Shown in pieces: positions 14,481 through 30,617 of a stretch of 64,000 nucleotides of DNA. The notes below the pieces were generated by a model, which saw only the letters and a list, made by a program, of their open reading frames with translations, did not search any database and was not told the origin of the DNA. Position numbers and translations under genes: made by a program. The DNA lies in assembly GCF_009914755.1 (NCBI RefSeq), contig NC_060931.1; one strand, written 5' to 3'. This DNA is from the human T2T-CHM13v2.0 reference genome, Homo sapiens. Each line of letters starts with the position of its first letter. The first letter of the stretch is position 1.

Positions 14481-15072
14481 CATATTTAATTTGTAATTAA
14501 ATATGTTAATCTTGCTATGAAAACATAAGAATTTAGAAAAATTGTTTTATTACAGAGAAAGAAAAAACCTATTTCATTGGTATGACCATATTTAATCAAT
14601 GATAATTTACTGGTGAAATTTAAATTATTAAATTTATGCATGGTTTCTCATGCATGGTTTATATAAATAAACACCTTAAACAGTATAAACATTTGAAAAA
14701 CTTTACTTTCCTTGGTTTTTTATAAGTTTAGTGGTCTCCAACCCACAATGTCTTAGGAAATAATTTAACAATAGGAAAACCCTTAAAACCATCTATCTCT
14801 ATGTAAACACAAACATATACATGTGAGTGGGGATTGGTAGATAAATAGATAGAAATTGCTTTCCCAGAGGAGAACATTTCTGGCTTTAATAAATTGATTA
14901 GCTTTTTAAATCAGTCAAGAAAGTTAAGATCTTTTAAATAAATCCCCTTATTCATTCATTGTACTGCAATCTAACACAATAAAATGGGAGTAATATTTTT
15001 AAAGTGTTGTTAATCTGCGACTTTGTCTTCTTGGGACTAAAATATAATCCAACTTTTAAATGCAAAATGAGT

Positions 15073-15095
15073 TTTATTTGCTAGTCCTTTTTATT
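15073..15095 (-). terminator. TFPI2: Proximal TFPI2 polyadenylation signals (two AATAAA)
   Basis: TTTATT on + strand at 15073-15078 and 15090-15095, about 370 nt after the stop. Confidence 0.65.
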
Positions 15096-15457
15096 CTCAA
15101 ATATGTTAAAAGCACATGATTATATTGTCTTATGTTGTTTCAGTTATGATCCTCTTCTGAAATCAGGAATACGACCCCAAGAAATGAGTGAGTCATATTT
15201 GCTTTTATATCTTATGCATTGCAAGAATTCAGTCTCACAAACAGTTGAACCATAAATTAAAAATGGTAGACTCACATTTGAATAGCAGCTAGTTATATAT
15301 AAAAAAATCCAAATTTTTTAAAAAGTGACTTGTATTAATAAAAACTGGTGAATAAATCACCAATGATTTGTTTCCTCATGCTGTCATATTATTCTTCAGA
15401 TACAACCATAAAGGCAAATAAGCCATAAAGACAAACAAGATGACATATTAAGAATGT

Positions 15458-15534
15458 TTAAAATTGCTTCTTCCGAATTTTCCGGATTCTACTGGCAAAG
15501 CGAAGCTTTGGCATCTTCTTTTTCTTTTTCAAAG
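15458..15534 (-). CDS. TFPI2: TFPI2 exon 5 coding part, basic tail (LKKKKKMPKLRFASRIRKIRKKQF*), 77 nt
   Basis: TTTTAG| acceptor; TAA at 15460-15458; the five exons sum to 708 nt = 235 aa + stop. Confidence 0.98.
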
Positions 15535-15898
15535 CTAAAATCAATAAAACGACAATGAAAATCATACATCTCCAGTCTGTAGGCTCACTATAAATCACTA
15601 TTTCTGATAAGGTTATTGAGCTCACTTCATCTTATTTTTAAGGACTGTGAAGTCAAAACTCATTATACACTCAGTTAATAATATTTTACCTTTAAGATAT
15701 GAAGATACAGCTACCGTCTACTGCAGCTAGCCAGTAAAAGCATTTTGACAAAACTGATTAACACTACGGAGATACTTATGTAGAAGTAGTCTAGAAACAG
15801 CAATTTGCTATTAGTAAAATGGATAAATAAAAATATAATTTTTCTGATAAGTTATTTATAAAGTTTATCTAAAGGTGGAATAAGAAAACATTCACTAC

Positions 15899-16069
15899 CT
15901 TTTGCACATGCACGTTTGCAATCCTCCCTGCTAACAAAGTTATTGTCATTCCCTCCACAGCCAGTATAGGTGAAAGCATCACAGGTTCTGTATCTTGGAT
16001 TAAAATAATAGCGAGTCACATTGGCAGAGCACAGTCCCTCATCTTTTGGACTGTAGCAAAATGATGGAA
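15899..16069 (-). CDS. TFPI2: TFPI2 exon 4, Kunitz domain 3 (PSFCYSPKDEGLCSANVTRYYFNPRYRTCDAFTYTGCGGNDNNFVSREDCKRACAK), 171 nt
   Basis: AAG| acceptor and |GTAGTG donor; six-Cys Kunitz pattern. Confidence 0.98.
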
Positions 16070-17014
16070 CTTTATAAAAAAGAGAAGAAAATTAGAAATG
16101 TTATAATACCAGAATTTTTAAATTATGGTGATTACTGAAGTAACTGAAGAAAATCTAATCCCATAGAAGCCTCAGTCTGAATCCAAAATATCATACTAAA
16201 CCTTTAAAAAGATGTGCTTCAAATTGCAGGTAAGCTTACATGCTATATTTTGGTAATTCTAAATTTTTGTAAACTGGATAGAATTTCTTCTGAAGCTACA
16301 TCTTTGTATCCTTTAAATGTAAAAAGAAGTTAAACCCAAATACCAGATATGGTTAGGTAAAAATGGGGTAAGTTTCAAGGACAATATGTGGCATGATTTG
16401 GTAAATTTTGTCGTGTTGGTAGTTTTGCTTTAATGTTTTTAACAGCTCTCATTCCATTATTAATCAATAATATATGCATACTAATTTCCAGGTAACCACT
16501 GGAGCAAACATTTATATGTACACAAACAAGAGAACATCCACAGTAACCATCACCACATTAACTCAAGATTTTGCATATTCAACACAGTACAGCTATAAAG
16601 CTTTATCAAATTCTCTGCCAAAGCAAGTTTTCCTTGTTTGTTGAACTTTTCAAAAATCTCTGTGTCTGGGGGAAATGCCTGTATTGTCTCCCTCTGCAAA
16701 CATTAAATACTACTCAAGAGACTATCATTTCAAGGATTCAGGGGTGGTGGTGGGAGAGGTAACAAATGGATAGGACAGAAACGTGTGGAGATGTTTGTGC
16801 TGCAATTTGCAATTACTGAAGAATACAGAAATCTAACCGAAAACTTTAGAAAGAAATTTTCAAGTTTCACCATCTTAATTCTGTATATATTCCACTATCT
16901 CACATGTATAACTTATTGTGTACAAATCTGAGGTCATAACATTCATTAATGAATACTTTAATCTTTTATGCATAAATTGAGTAGCTGAGAAATAGTTCTA
17001 AAGAAACAATTCAG

Positions 17015-17516
<502 letters not shown>

Positions 17517-17683
17517 TCATGGCTTTGTCACTTTCCAGTCCTAAGAACTTGACAAGTCACTAACTTGTCAAGTAATGTGAAATCATGAAAATGCACATGT
17601 TAATTTCGCATCAAATTGAGTTTTTTCCACCCAAATGTCTTTTCAAAAAAGTGAAATAGAAATACCATAAAAATCGTATTTAC

Positions 17684-17872
17684 TTTTCTTTGGTGCGCAG
17701 AAGCCCATACAAGTAGCTTCATCTGGAAACCTGTTCTCAATCCGGTTCCGGTGACACCCACCGGAAAAGAATTTTTCACATGTCATGGAACTTAGATTAA
17801 AGAAATACTTTTCTGTGGACCCCTCACACTGGTCGTCCACACTCACTTGCAGCCGGCAAACTTTGGGAACTT
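17684..17872 (-). CDS. TFPI2: TFPI2 exon 3, Kunitz domain 2 (VPKVCRLQVSVDDQCEGSTEKYFF...CMGFCAPKK), 189 nt
   Basis: TAG| acceptor and |GTAAAT donor; overlaps ORF 17643..17846; phase 1-1. Confidence 0.98.
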
Positions 17873-18785
17873 CTAGGAAAAGGAGGGTAATAGAACAATG
17901 TTAGTCAAAAGTAGCCTTCTTATTAAACCATCACTGTATTTTCAGCAACATTTTGTGGGGGGAGAGAAGTTGTATTAGTGTTGGGATAGTAAATACCCAG
18001 AATACTCCCATGAATCCAGATATTTACTTTTTTTTTTTCTAACAGTGTATTCAGAGCTGACTCAGCTGTGATGTATCTTTCAAGTTCAGTAGAAAGACTC
18101 TCTGTTTTCTCTGGGTGTTCTCTGATTGTACATATGCAGTGAATCAAAGCTTATTCACATGAATACGCATTTTCCCCTGGCTCAGTTCCTTGAATGGAAA
18201 AGCCCCATGTTCTCTTACAGGCCTTAACCGATATAATTTAAAAATTAAAAATAAATTAAAATATAACAGTATTATGAATCTCCACCATGTCCCGCAACTA
18301 ATCCAACACATGTTTGGGTATCGGGACAAAAGTAGAGTTATATAATGAGCTAAGTCACACTTCAATAATAAAATCCACTAAAAATATTTCAGATTGATGG
18401 ATAATCGACAGAAGGAAATGATGTACTCCAGGAGAGATAAAAATCATAGGTTTGGAATTAATGAAAAATACAGAGAAGCACTTACGTTGTACCTAACACG
18501 TTATTCTCTTGCATTTATTATACCCCATGGTGAGGGAACAAATCTTTCCCTGAGTCCGCACAGGCACTGAATTATGATCAATGTCAGTTGGGAGACAGGA
18601 AATGTGTTAGTGGTTGTAAATTTGTGATTACTTTTAAGAAACTGAAAACCATGAGGTTTGCTTAACACTTGAGAAAACCCAGGCTAAAACTTCCTGTAGA
18701 AAGCGAGACGTGGGAAACTGGCGAAGCTGCTACCAGCCGCCGGCGCAAGGAGCGCGAGAGTCCTGGGTGCGCGCAGGGCACTTAC

Positions 18786-18968
18786 TTTCTATCCTCCAGC
18801 AAGCATCGTCGCAAGCCTCCCAGGTGTAGAAATTGTTGGCGTTGCCCTCGCAGCCCCCGTACAGGAACTGGCGGCAGCTCTGCGTGTACCTGTCGTAGTA
18901 GTAACGGAGAAGTAGGGCCCGGCAGGGTCCGTAGTCTAGGGGCAGGAGACAGATCTCCGCGTTATTTC
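18786..18968 (-). CDS. TFPI2: TFPI2 exon 2, Kunitz domain 1 (CLLPLDYGPCRALLLRYYYDRYTQSCRQFLYGGCEGNANNFYTWEACDDAC), 183 nt
   Basis: CAG| acceptor and |GTAAGT donor; six-Cys Kunitz pattern with P1 Arg; phase 1-1. Confidence 0.98.
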
Positions 18969-19239
18969 CTGAAGAAGGGGCAGAAGGAGAGCAAAAGAGA
19001 GGGAAAGTGGTCAGGCGTAGCTCCTAGGAGGAAAGAACATCCCGGGGAGTTCTGTCCCCTTCCGAGCGGAGGGGCCTCTGCAGAGAAAGTGCAAACTTGG
19101 GAGCGAGTCCCCCCTGCCAGCGGAGCGCGCGGCAGGGACCTGGAGAAAGCGAGGCTTGGAGGGCGCCTACACGGGGCCCCATGGCCCGCTGCGCCCTCTC
19201 CGCCGGTTGGGGAGAGAAGCTCCTGGAGCGGCCAGATAC

Positions 19240-19327
19240 CTGTTGGCTCCTGAGCAGCATCGCCCAGTGCAGCCTCCGTCAGGAAAAGCAGCAGAATCGA
19301 CAGCCCCAGGGGGCGAGCGGGGTCCAT
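19240..19327 (-). CDS. TFPI2: TFPI2 coding exon 1 (signal peptide MDPARPLGLSILLLFLTEAALGDAAQEPT), 88 nt
   Basis: ATG at 19327-19325 in context ACCATGG; hydrophobic signal peptide; donor G|GTATCT at 19239. Confidence 0.98.
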
Positions 19328-19967
19328 GGTGCAGGGGGTCGGGCGGCCCGCTGGGCAAGGCGTCCGAGAAAGCGCCTGGCGGGAGGAGGTGCGCGGCTTT
19401 CTGCTCCAGGCGGCCCGGGTGCCCGCTTTATGCGGGGCGAGCGTCCGGCCGACCCCCGCCGGGGCGGAGCCTGAGGGGTGGCTGATTCATGCACGGGGAC
19501 TGTCACCCCGCCGCCCCCGCGCTGCAAACTGTGTAAGAGGGAGAGGAATTCCCCGCCAAGTTGAAAAGTTGAACCTGCCTCCCAAACTTTCTCCTGTAGT
19601 CCAGACGGGGACGCCCTGAGGGAGCGTTTGTGTCAGTAATGGGAAATCTGCAAGCTAGACGGAAATGACCTGCTAGTGATTGCGCTGTAAAGAAGCCGGA
19701 ATCCACCTCTTGAAGGCATGAAGTTCAGGTATTTGAAAGGCTGGTGGAGAGAAAGTGCGGAGTTCTTGGGTCAGAGCGGAGCGGGATTCGTTGCAATGGA
19801 CCTTCAGATTAGATTAGAAATGTAAATAAGTGTATATTTATATTTATACACACAGATTTCAATCGAGTTCTAATTTACATTTAATACAGGCTTATAATAT
19901 ATCGTAGGTGGACAGTTTGATAAATTTTGACAACTGTGTAGCCACCAATAAAGAATTAGAACATTTT

Positions 19968-20339
<372 letters not shown>

Positions 20340-21939
20340 TCAATCCTTCCATCCTTAGGCCAGGGGCAAACACTCTTCTCATTTCGATTACCATAGATTA
20401 GATTTGCCTATTCTTGAATTTCATATAAACGGAATTATAAAGTATTCACTGTGTAGTATTTCTTTCTCACACTTCCTGTTTTTGAGATACGCCCAGGTCA
20501 CTGCATCAATAGTCTGTTTCTTTTAATTCCTGCGTAGTCCAAGGTATGAATTTACCAAAACGTATGAATATCCCACAATGTATAAATATGTTGCTGTGTG
20601 TATCAATAGTCTGTTCCTTTAAATCATTGAGTAATATTCTAATATATCACAAATGTCTTATTACTGGAATTTGTGTTGTTTCTAGTTTGTTTGGGGGCTC
20701 TTATGAAAAAAGCTGCTTTGTGTGGACCTGCAATTTTTATTACTCTTGGATAAAATACTTAGAAATGTTAGACACTGCCAAAGGATTTTTTCAAGATGAT
20801 TGTACCATTTTACACCCCAACCAAGCATGTATGAAGCTATGTTTTTGTATGTATCTATGTTTTTGGAGAAGAACCATAGCAGCCCAGAGAGATAGCCTTG
20901 GGGAGTTCTGAAGATTTGACCAGATCAGTGTATTCCCACACATTTCCTAATGTCAGTGCATCCATTAAAGTTCCCTGTTCCTTTGACATATTAGCTTGTG
21001 ATCCACTTTTTTTTTTAATACAAACAATTACCTACAGTGAAATTTTACATAAAATATTAAAGATATTTTTGAAGACATTTTAATATACTTGTCTTCCCTT
21101 CCCCTTTTCTCTTGTTGTATTCAACATTCTCAAGTAAATAATTATTCTTGACTTCTGAGGATACTGGGGGTAGTTTACAGAAGTTCTCTTTCAAGTTTTC
21201 AGGAAGCCCTGAAAAGTATAGGACACACTTGCTCAAAGTGGGTTAATAATCTGAGGTATTTTGCACATTATATCCTTGTGCCAGTTTTCAGTCATTCTGA
21301 TGTCATGTTACAAGGTCACAGTCCTAGGAAAACCAGCCTGATCTGGAAATGCTGTCAGCTTTGATTAGCAGATGTCTATGATTAAGAATGATAGTTGAAA
21401 CTATAAGGATAAATGTTTAATTATCACCTCTCCAGTAGGGAAAAATAAATGGGATGGGGATGCTTTGTATAGTTAACTGATTTCTGTGATGTAAATGTGC
21501 TCACTAAGGTCAATTTCAAGCTGCCACTGCAGAATCACTGAATGCCGAGGTGGGAAAAGATCTCCAAGAGCCAGAGCTCCCCATGGCCAAAATCTGTGTG
21601 AGCTGGCTCTAATGCACCAACCACTGAGACAGACAGCCAGTTTTGGAATGACACATTCAGAGTAAAGTCAGATTAGACCCTCCCAGTTCCTTCAAAATAT
21701 TATTAGGGGAGGGAATTTTACCACTCATTTACCGAGAATCATATTCAGGAGAAAAGTTGACTCAACTTCAAACTTACCTATATCTATCTTCTGAATAAAA
21801 TTAAATATATCTTTAGACTAAAATAAAATTCAAGGACTGATACTCAGTTTTCATGGAGCACTGACTACTGCCATTTCTCTTTGTTCTCAGGTGCTGGACA
21901 CTTTTTGATTGTCTTTCGCTCATACAAAAAAAAAAATGA

Positions 21940-22251
<312 letters not shown>

Positions 22252-25200
22252 GATTAGCCCTTTTGTATCAAGACAGACATTTTGGGAAATTGCATCGTGC
22301 CATGGAAAAATAGAGTTGGAATTCAGAGGATACCTGGATTTTATTCCTTGCTACATTGGACAAGTTACTTAAAACTCTCTGAGCCTCAGTTTCCTTTTCT
22401 AATAGACATAATAACTCTACCTCGCAGATGTGTTATGAGGATTAAATGGAAAATGCCTATGCATTCAAAGATATTGTTTTAGCCCCTCACACAATGGCAC
22501 AAACTTCATCCAGATCATCCCATATCCTACTTCCCATTGAGAGCCTTGGCACACAATTTTGAGATGGAGCATCAAACTCCCATCAGGAAACAGAGCAACA
22601 TGAAATGGCCTTATAGAATTAAAGCCCATGTCCTTGCTCCTGTCAGCTCTTCTCTTAACTAAGCTCAGAGACCACCTCTCTGCCCATGAAGTTGTCACAC
22701 TTTCTGGTAGTCTCTTCTAGGGAAATGAGCTTCAAGGGGATTTCAGAGCAGAATCCTCAGCCCACTCAGGGCTGCTGTATAAGGCATGTAGTGGAAATGG
22801 GAGGGGGGCAAAAACAGGCCTCTCACCCTTCTGTGGTGTGGTCTGTAGATGCAGGTTGGAATCAGTCCCGAGAGATGCTCTAGAAATGCTGGTTTCCTTC
22901 TACTTTTCTATGCCAAACAGGGTGCATCCTTAAAACCTCTATGACCACAGATGGAGAAAGGAGAATTAAAGAAGTGGAATTGGCAGAAGTTTGAGATTAC
23001 TAACCCAGGTTATTACAAAAAAAGTATTCCTCTTAATTGCATAAATAATTGAGTATTTTTATATCCATGAAAAAGACATCTTCCAATATAAGGGTAATCT
23101 GAATTTCCTGGAGACTACTTTGACGTTACTGAATTTACATTTAGAATATTTTGGAAGGAGCAACATGACCACCACAATCAGCCTCCAAAGGGATGTCATA
23201 GCACTTCTATCTCCTTAATCCAGTGTCTAGCCCAAAATGCTGCCTCAAGGCTGAGGAAAGTAATTCCTTTGTCCAAAGTCAACAGGAAGTGCAAGGCTAG
23301 AGATAACTGGGAAAAACAGTCATCCAGATTGATTTGTCATTGCTACACCAATTGACAGTTAAATTGTCTGTGGCTAAAGACAAAGGCTCAAAATAGTCTG
23401 GAGTTCTGTAAAAATAAGGCATGGAGTTGTAATTTGAATGCTGAATGGAACTATAAGTATGTTCACTTTACACAAGTGTGAACTGAGATCTAGAAAGGTT
23501 AAGCATCTGGTCATGTTTACCTGCCATGGTTGTTGGCAGACCTGAGACTAGAATCCACAGTTCTGGATTCTTAGTCCTATATTCTTTCTATCACACCTAG
23601 ACCTAAGTTCTTTCTACCATACCAAGACCTTAAAGCAGAATATGAAATACCAGAATTTAAAAATGCAAAAGCTGCAGTGAGTCCAGGAGCGCCTCTGCAT
23701 GTGTCAGATTGCTGCCTCTGATCTTTCTCACCACCACACCCCTGGACCCCACAACAAATGAAGTTGATTTTGACCTGTTTAGCCCCTCCCATGCCTTGAG
23801 TATGATACTGTATCCTCTGAGAGCCCTGCCGTCTCGGTAGGTGAACCAAGAATTTAAGAAATGGACTGTGGCAGATGGTCTTCCTCTCTCTCAGACACCT
23901 TAGAGAGAGGTAGCATGTCTGGCTTATGAGTGAATGATGAGAATTAATTGAGCCCAGTGATTTGGGGATACATATTATGTAACATAGGTATTTAAGGAGT
24001 TACACTGATAACTCCTTAATAAACAAAGACAGTTTTTGCTGCCTCTTAGTTTAAGCCCTGCCAAAATAAAACTTGAAATGAGTCCAGCTGGCACTAATGA
24101 GTTTACACATCTGCTAAGAAAGATAGTTAATCTCTTCTGAGCAGTAAATGGTCATGAGGGTTTTGCTAAAGTTTAAGCAACTCCTTCACCAACTAGGTAT
24201 TTTTCTAACCAGCTGGGCCATGTAAGAAACATTTATTCTAATGCACCCTCTGTCAGGCACAGAGTGCATTTGAGAGTGCTATATAATAAGATGAAGCCAC
24301 ATGAAAGGATGGGGTATCCTCTGTGCCTAATTTTATGAATCCCCTTCCCCCTAGAAAGAAAGAGATAATGAGGGTATATAACGTATCTCTTACTGTGTTC
24401 ATTCCTTCATTAATCTACTTTAAAGGGAGCTGATTAAATGTTTGAAGTGTGACAAACTTTATGCTAGACATTTGGGATACAAATATGAGGGACCTCATAA
24501 CATAATAGGGTAGATGAATGAACACTGTATAACCCAGTTACATTACAATGTTCTTAGTACAACATCAAAAATATGTACTAGGTTGTATAGGATTATAGAG
24601 GAGGAAGTAAATAAAAGGTAGGCAAAGCTCAATTCCAAATAAAATCCACTCTATGCAAACATACCTGACACTATATCTTCTAGGCCTATGCAATACAGAG
24701 ACTCATTCCTTCATCTATTTGTTTTGGTTGGCTATTTTAGGTGCTGTGGTTGTAACAAAGTATTGCCTTCTGCTAGAGGAGCAGAATCTCAGAAACCACT
24801 TTTCTCTACTTCCTGGATGTACATTCCCTCAAGTGTCATTATGTCTACTTGCGATGCAGACCATCTTTTCTCTCACTCAGATTGCTACATCTTTAACTGT
24901 GTATGGCATCCAGAAGATTATGGCAAATTTTAGATGATTTTTATCCGAGACCTCCCAACTCAGTGCTGCCTCACCACCTAGCCAAAATTCTAGCCTTGGT
25001 TACTAAGCCTCTGGCACATCAAGAGTGGAGAAAGGAAGAGGAATGTTCCCCTAATCCCTGTATATCATGTGGAAATCTCCTTGGCAATCACAATACTAGT
25101 GGACATAACAGTGAAAGTTTGCATTATGCCTTGAATTTATTAGCTCATTAAATCCCGCACAATAACGACTTGAGGGAGATATGTTACTCTCCCTACTCTG

Positions 25201-26999
25201 CAATGAGAAAGCTGAAACTTTTGATAGATATATGACTTTCCCAAAGCTATTCAGTTAGCACAGGCAGTCTAAATCCTGATCCCCTGGTCTCACTGACTGT
25301 ATACACAGTCTTTTTTTCCACATTAACAGAGGCCAAAGTCAAGCTTATTATATATACTTTCATGACCCTGGTTCAGTACCTGGACAACGCTGTATCAGTT
25401 TTCTTTTCTATGCAAACATAAAGTTCATAATTCATTCATAGGGCAAACAGATAGCTACAATTTAAATACATTGCCATAATGCTCTAAGAAGAACAGCTGC
25501 CAAAACTGATAATCAGATTAGAGGATTGAGAAATTTAATCACTAAAGTCCTCATTTTCACGGTTATATTTAGCAGAAAGTAATGGACCTTGACCTTTCAA
25601 ATGTAAAGACACATTTTCTTTCAAATATATTGTCTTTTTATAAAGTGGCCAAAATCTCGTGTTAGTTATACATTGATTACTGCAGTGCCATATGCTCTCC
25701 AAATGCTCATTTTTTCTGGCTTACGTTGAAAAGCTTTTGTATCTTAAATCACACATGAGGGACAATCTGCCAGTTGGGGCAGGAAGAGGCAATAGCTGAA
25801 GTTTGAAAGGAACACACATCTCCTAGGACTCTCACTATGTGTTTTCTCTTATTGACTATTAGCTGAGGAAAAACTGAGTGGAGCTGAAAAGTTTACATTA
25901 GAAGAGAGTTGAATATGTTAACCTCGACTACATATTCTGAACCAGCCAGGGAAGGGTGAGTTAGTTGTTTCTGTTGGTCAACTGAATCTCAGGTATCTTT
26001 GGTCTTCCTTTCTCTTACAATGGAAGTAATGTTCAGGACCTATCTGAGACCAGTCCCTTGTCTACTGCTCTTCATCCTTTTTTCTCTTGTTTTCTCAATG
26101 GCTTTACTCCTTCCTCTCTTCAACAGCATCAGCTCTGCCCCCTCTTACTCTTTGGCAAAGACACCCAGATTTTAATAATTTCCATCTGGAATGCTTTGTC
26201 TCTGACTTTTCAACCCAAAGTTAAAATTTATATTTGACTCTATATCCTTCTCCTGTTAGTGTTGCCACTTTACTGCTCCCTTTTCTAGCCAAATTTATCA
26301 AAAATTTTACCTCTACTCTCTTCCTCCACTTCCTCATCTCCTGTTTTTCCCAGATCACTCCAATTAAACTTCCTTTTGGGAAGAGGAAGAACAGGAAGTG
26401 CTATTGTCAAGAGCAAACTTGACACGTGCTACTAGACCTCTCAATATATGACACCCAAAGCAACTGTCCTTTAAAATCACCCAACATCACATTTTCCATT
26501 AACATCTTATCTAAATTCTTTTTAGTATTTGACAAATACTTCCTCGTTCTTTAAATGTTTTCTCTCAGTCTTCATAACACCACATTCTTTTGTTTGTTTC
26601 CTGCTTTGTTGACTGCTCCTTCTCAATCAATCTGTCCTTTTCTGGCTAACCATTAAAGGCTAGGTGACTCAAGGCTCAACCCTGAGAATTCTTTTCTAAC
26701 CATATTATTTTCTGATTTCATTTCAAATACATATACATATAAACCTTGCACGCACATATACACATGCACATACATACGCATGTATTTGTGTGTGGTCTTG
26801 ATCTTTTCTCAAAATTTCAGACATTCATGTCTATTTAGTATCTCCACTTGAATGTGTAATAGAAACTCAAACATTTTATGTCCTAAACTGAAGTCTTTTT
26901 TATATATCCCCAGTCTTCCTCCTTTCTGTAAATGACCCTTCTACTTAGATTCTCAAGGCAAAATCTCTGGAGTCATTCTTGAGAGCTACCACTGCTTAA

Positions 27000-27335
<336 letters not shown>

Positions 27336-30282
27336 TAATCTGCTCATGTCTCTTTATAGCCACAACAGCCAATGTAGTTCAAGTCTGCAATTTCTGAGGA
27401 ACCATTACCTAAGCTCCTTGTTTTCACCTTTGTTTCCCATTTAACCCCACACAGAACGTGGAGTACCTTTAGTATATCAAACAAGTAAAAAAATGCATGT
27501 TTTACTTGTCTGATCCTCTCACTGTTACATAAGCTCTGTGGGAGCATAAAGCTTACCTGTGTTATTTACCACTATATCACAGAGCCAAGAATGAGACCTG
27601 GAAAGTAGGCTCTCATGAACATCTGTGAAATAAACCAATGACTTTCTATTACCACTATCCTTTTTCTTTACAAATGTCTTGAAAACTCAAATGGCACAGT
27701 GGAAACAGAGAAACAGAGTAGTTCTGGGAAAGAAAGTGAGTTGTCATAGAATATATTTGGTTGTCTGTAAGTCACGTGCACCTTGAAAATAAGCTAACAT
27801 GTTGAGAAAGAATGGTATCCATGTAATAAAATAGCAACTGATACAAAAGCAACTGGCTTTCAAAAAATGAACTATGATAAAATTTATGATCAACCTGACC
27901 AGTTGGAAAAAAATAAATAAAACTACCTTTTATTTGACCATAAAAATTCAACTGAAAAAAAATGATATATACTGAGGAGTTATGGACACGGCAAGAAATA
28001 AGAAAGCTGAATTTGCTGCTTTAACCTCAAGCAATCAAATGAGTGCCTAGCTTATGGTAATTACATAATAAATATTTGATGAATAAATGAATACTATTTG
28101 AGCTTCTATCACATTATTGGCGCTGGTAGAAAGACAGAGAGAAAAAAGAGTAGATTCATGGAGATAAAGGCATTGCATGTTAAGTATTTATCAGAGTGTC
28201 TATTACATGATGAATGTTCCAAAATAGCTAATATCATCTCATTTAGTCCTCAGGACAGGAAACTCACTGTCCTTTGTAAATTTCAACTCATCTCCCTCAC
28301 TTTCGAGTGCTACAAAGTTTAGTCCTTTGTTCTCTTCTCTTTCCTATTTACCTTTGGTGTTCTCCGCTGTTCTCATGGTTCCCCCCAACTCTGGCCTCTC
28401 CCCTAAACTCCAGACCACCTACTCAATGAATGGCTAACAAGTATCTGAGACTCGGTATTCCCTTTTTATAGTCTCTGATCTCAGGAAACAGCAAATCCCT
28501 TCTTTTGGTTGCTCTGGCAAAAAAAAAAAAAAAAAAATAGCGTCATCTTGATTTTTTTCTTTTCTCTTTTTATTTTTCATTCTACATCTGATCAGTCAGC
28601 ACATCCTGATGTCTCTGCTTTTAAAATGTATTTAGCATCTCAGCACTTGTCCCTACCTCCACTCGCACCACACTGGTTTGAACCGCCCTCATATTTCACC
28701 TTGACTGCAATTGCCCCTTCTCTGCTTCCACCCTTGCCCCCATGAGCTAGCCTCCAACAGCTGCCAGAGTGACCCTGTTAAATTATATGATAGATAATGT
28801 CACTCTGTTACTCAGAATCCTCCAATCTTCCCTAAGTCACTCAGAGTAAAGCAAGAGTCTTCACAGTGGCCTGTAAGACCTATACGGTCACTGGTTTCAT
28901 ATACTACTTCTCCCTTGAATTCACTGGGCTCCTTATATTCATACTTGTCTAGTGTTGCTTGTACTTGCTGTTCCTCAGAATGATTTTCTCTTTGATACCT
29001 ACAAAGCCCACTCTCATAGCCCTCAGATCTTCACTCAAGTAGCATTGTCAACAGAAAGGGCTCCTTTGGTCGTCCTCTCTGTAACTGAAACATTGCTAAC
29101 ACTGTTCTTATTCCTTTCCTGCTTTATTTTTCTCCTTAGCACTTATCTCAATCAAAATTTGGTATATTTTTCTTTTGTACCTTTGTTAGTGCCTGTCTCC
29201 TTTACTATAATGTAAGTTCCTTGAGGGGAAAGGTTTTCATCTGTTTATTTCCCTCTGCTGTACCTCAAGCACCTAGAATCATATCTGGCGCACAATAGGT
29301 ATTCAACAAAAATTCTTAGCTGTTATCTTTTTATAATGCCAAGTAAAATGTCAGGATAAAAAAGAATAGTATAGAATGAGTAAGTTTACATCTATATGCT
29401 TACAAGCTTATTGTGCATAATACAGTGGATTTGTTTCTGAAAAATTGTCAGAATTACATGTGTATAAATATAGTTTCATGTCAAACTACATGTTTATAAA
29501 TCAAATAATTAAAGTGTGCTGGCAACATTGCTATTTCAAAGAATCTGTAATTAATCCTCTATAAAAACAAATAAGTTTTTTAAATAATTTGAATAATTTC
29601 TCCCTTATCTAGCCCTTTATAAATTAAATATTTTATTTATCAGGTATTTCTACTTCAAAATACACTTACGGATAATGTGTAAAAACAAACAGAAAAAAAA
29701 CAGGTGGCCTTTTAACTTTACCTCAGCTCATTTTAATTCTAGAATAAATTAGCAAGAAATGTAATGGAAGCTCTGAAAGACATCATGAGATACTTAACCT
29801 ACTCTATAGAGTTCTATCTTCCCAAAGTGTTTAACAAACACTAAAATGTGGTACATTTAAGGAAGCTTCCTACCCCTCTATTTATGACCTCCATGATGTG
29901 CTTGCATTGCTAAGCATATCTACCTTTCTTTTTTACACTTTGTCAATGCAACAGTGTTTTCTGAGAATGCTCAATGTATTGAGATGTAAGCATTAAAAGT
30001 GATTTATGTTTTTACAGAAATTGCATCAGCAACTATGCTATGTTGAATTGCCATTTCCTAATGAGTAGCTACTCTTTAACAATCATTTAAACTGATATCA
30101 TCATTGTGGGTCATATTTGGCTAATAAAAACTCATTCTAATATTTAAGACCAAGAAAAGTCAAGACAATGTACATTTCCTCTACCACTTCTGGGGCTCTA
30201 TGACCATGAATTTCATCTAATCCAGAGTCTCATTTGTACAAGAAGTATTTTGTAATGGCCTGTTTAAAACCATCAATATAGT

Positions 30283-30590
30283 GAGGCTAAGGCAGGAGGA
30301 TCACTTCAGCTCAGGAGTAAGTTTATGGATCTATGGATGGGATACAACTCAGAAATACTTCTCCTACTCCCGCCCTCTTCTTGCCTGATCAGCCTGGGCA
30401 ACATGGCGAGATCCCATCTCTATTAAAAAATTAAGTTAGCTGGACGTGGTGGCGTATGTCTGTAGTCGCAGCTACTCAGGAGGTGAGGTGGGAGGATCAC
30501 TAGGGCCTGAGAGGTCAAGACTGCAGTGAGCAGTGATTGCACCACTGCACTCCAGCCTGGGTGACAGAGTGAGACCCTGTCTCAAAAAAA
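30283..30590 (+). mobile_element. 5'-truncated AluJ with a 68-bp foreign insert
   Basis: Alu consensus on both sides of 30319-30386; diverged TSD AAA(A/C)CCATCA(A/G)TAT(A/G)GT. Confidence 0.9.
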
Positions 30591-30617
30591 ACTCACCAAA
30601 CCCATCAGTATGGTACC

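Larger units (their letters stand above)
18700..19790 (-). promoter_or_regulatory. TFPI2: TFPI2 CpG island promoter
   Basis: High GC and CpG over exons 1-2 and upstream; CATAAA TATA-like at 19432-19427; GC boxes at about 19455-19520; AP-1-like TGAATCA at 19489-19483; NF-kB GGGGAATTCC at 19554-19545. Confidence 0.9.

Noticed and set aside
17547-17573. 11-bp stem ACTTGACAAGT-cacta-ACTTGTCAAGT in TFPI2 intron 3
   Set aside because: Short, lies in a MIR-like remnant, too small for a pre-miRNA
18669-19706. Many overlapping ORFs (up to 194 aa) around TFPI2 exons 1-2
   Set aside because: Expected from stop-codon scarcity in a GC-rich island; only the exon parts match a protein
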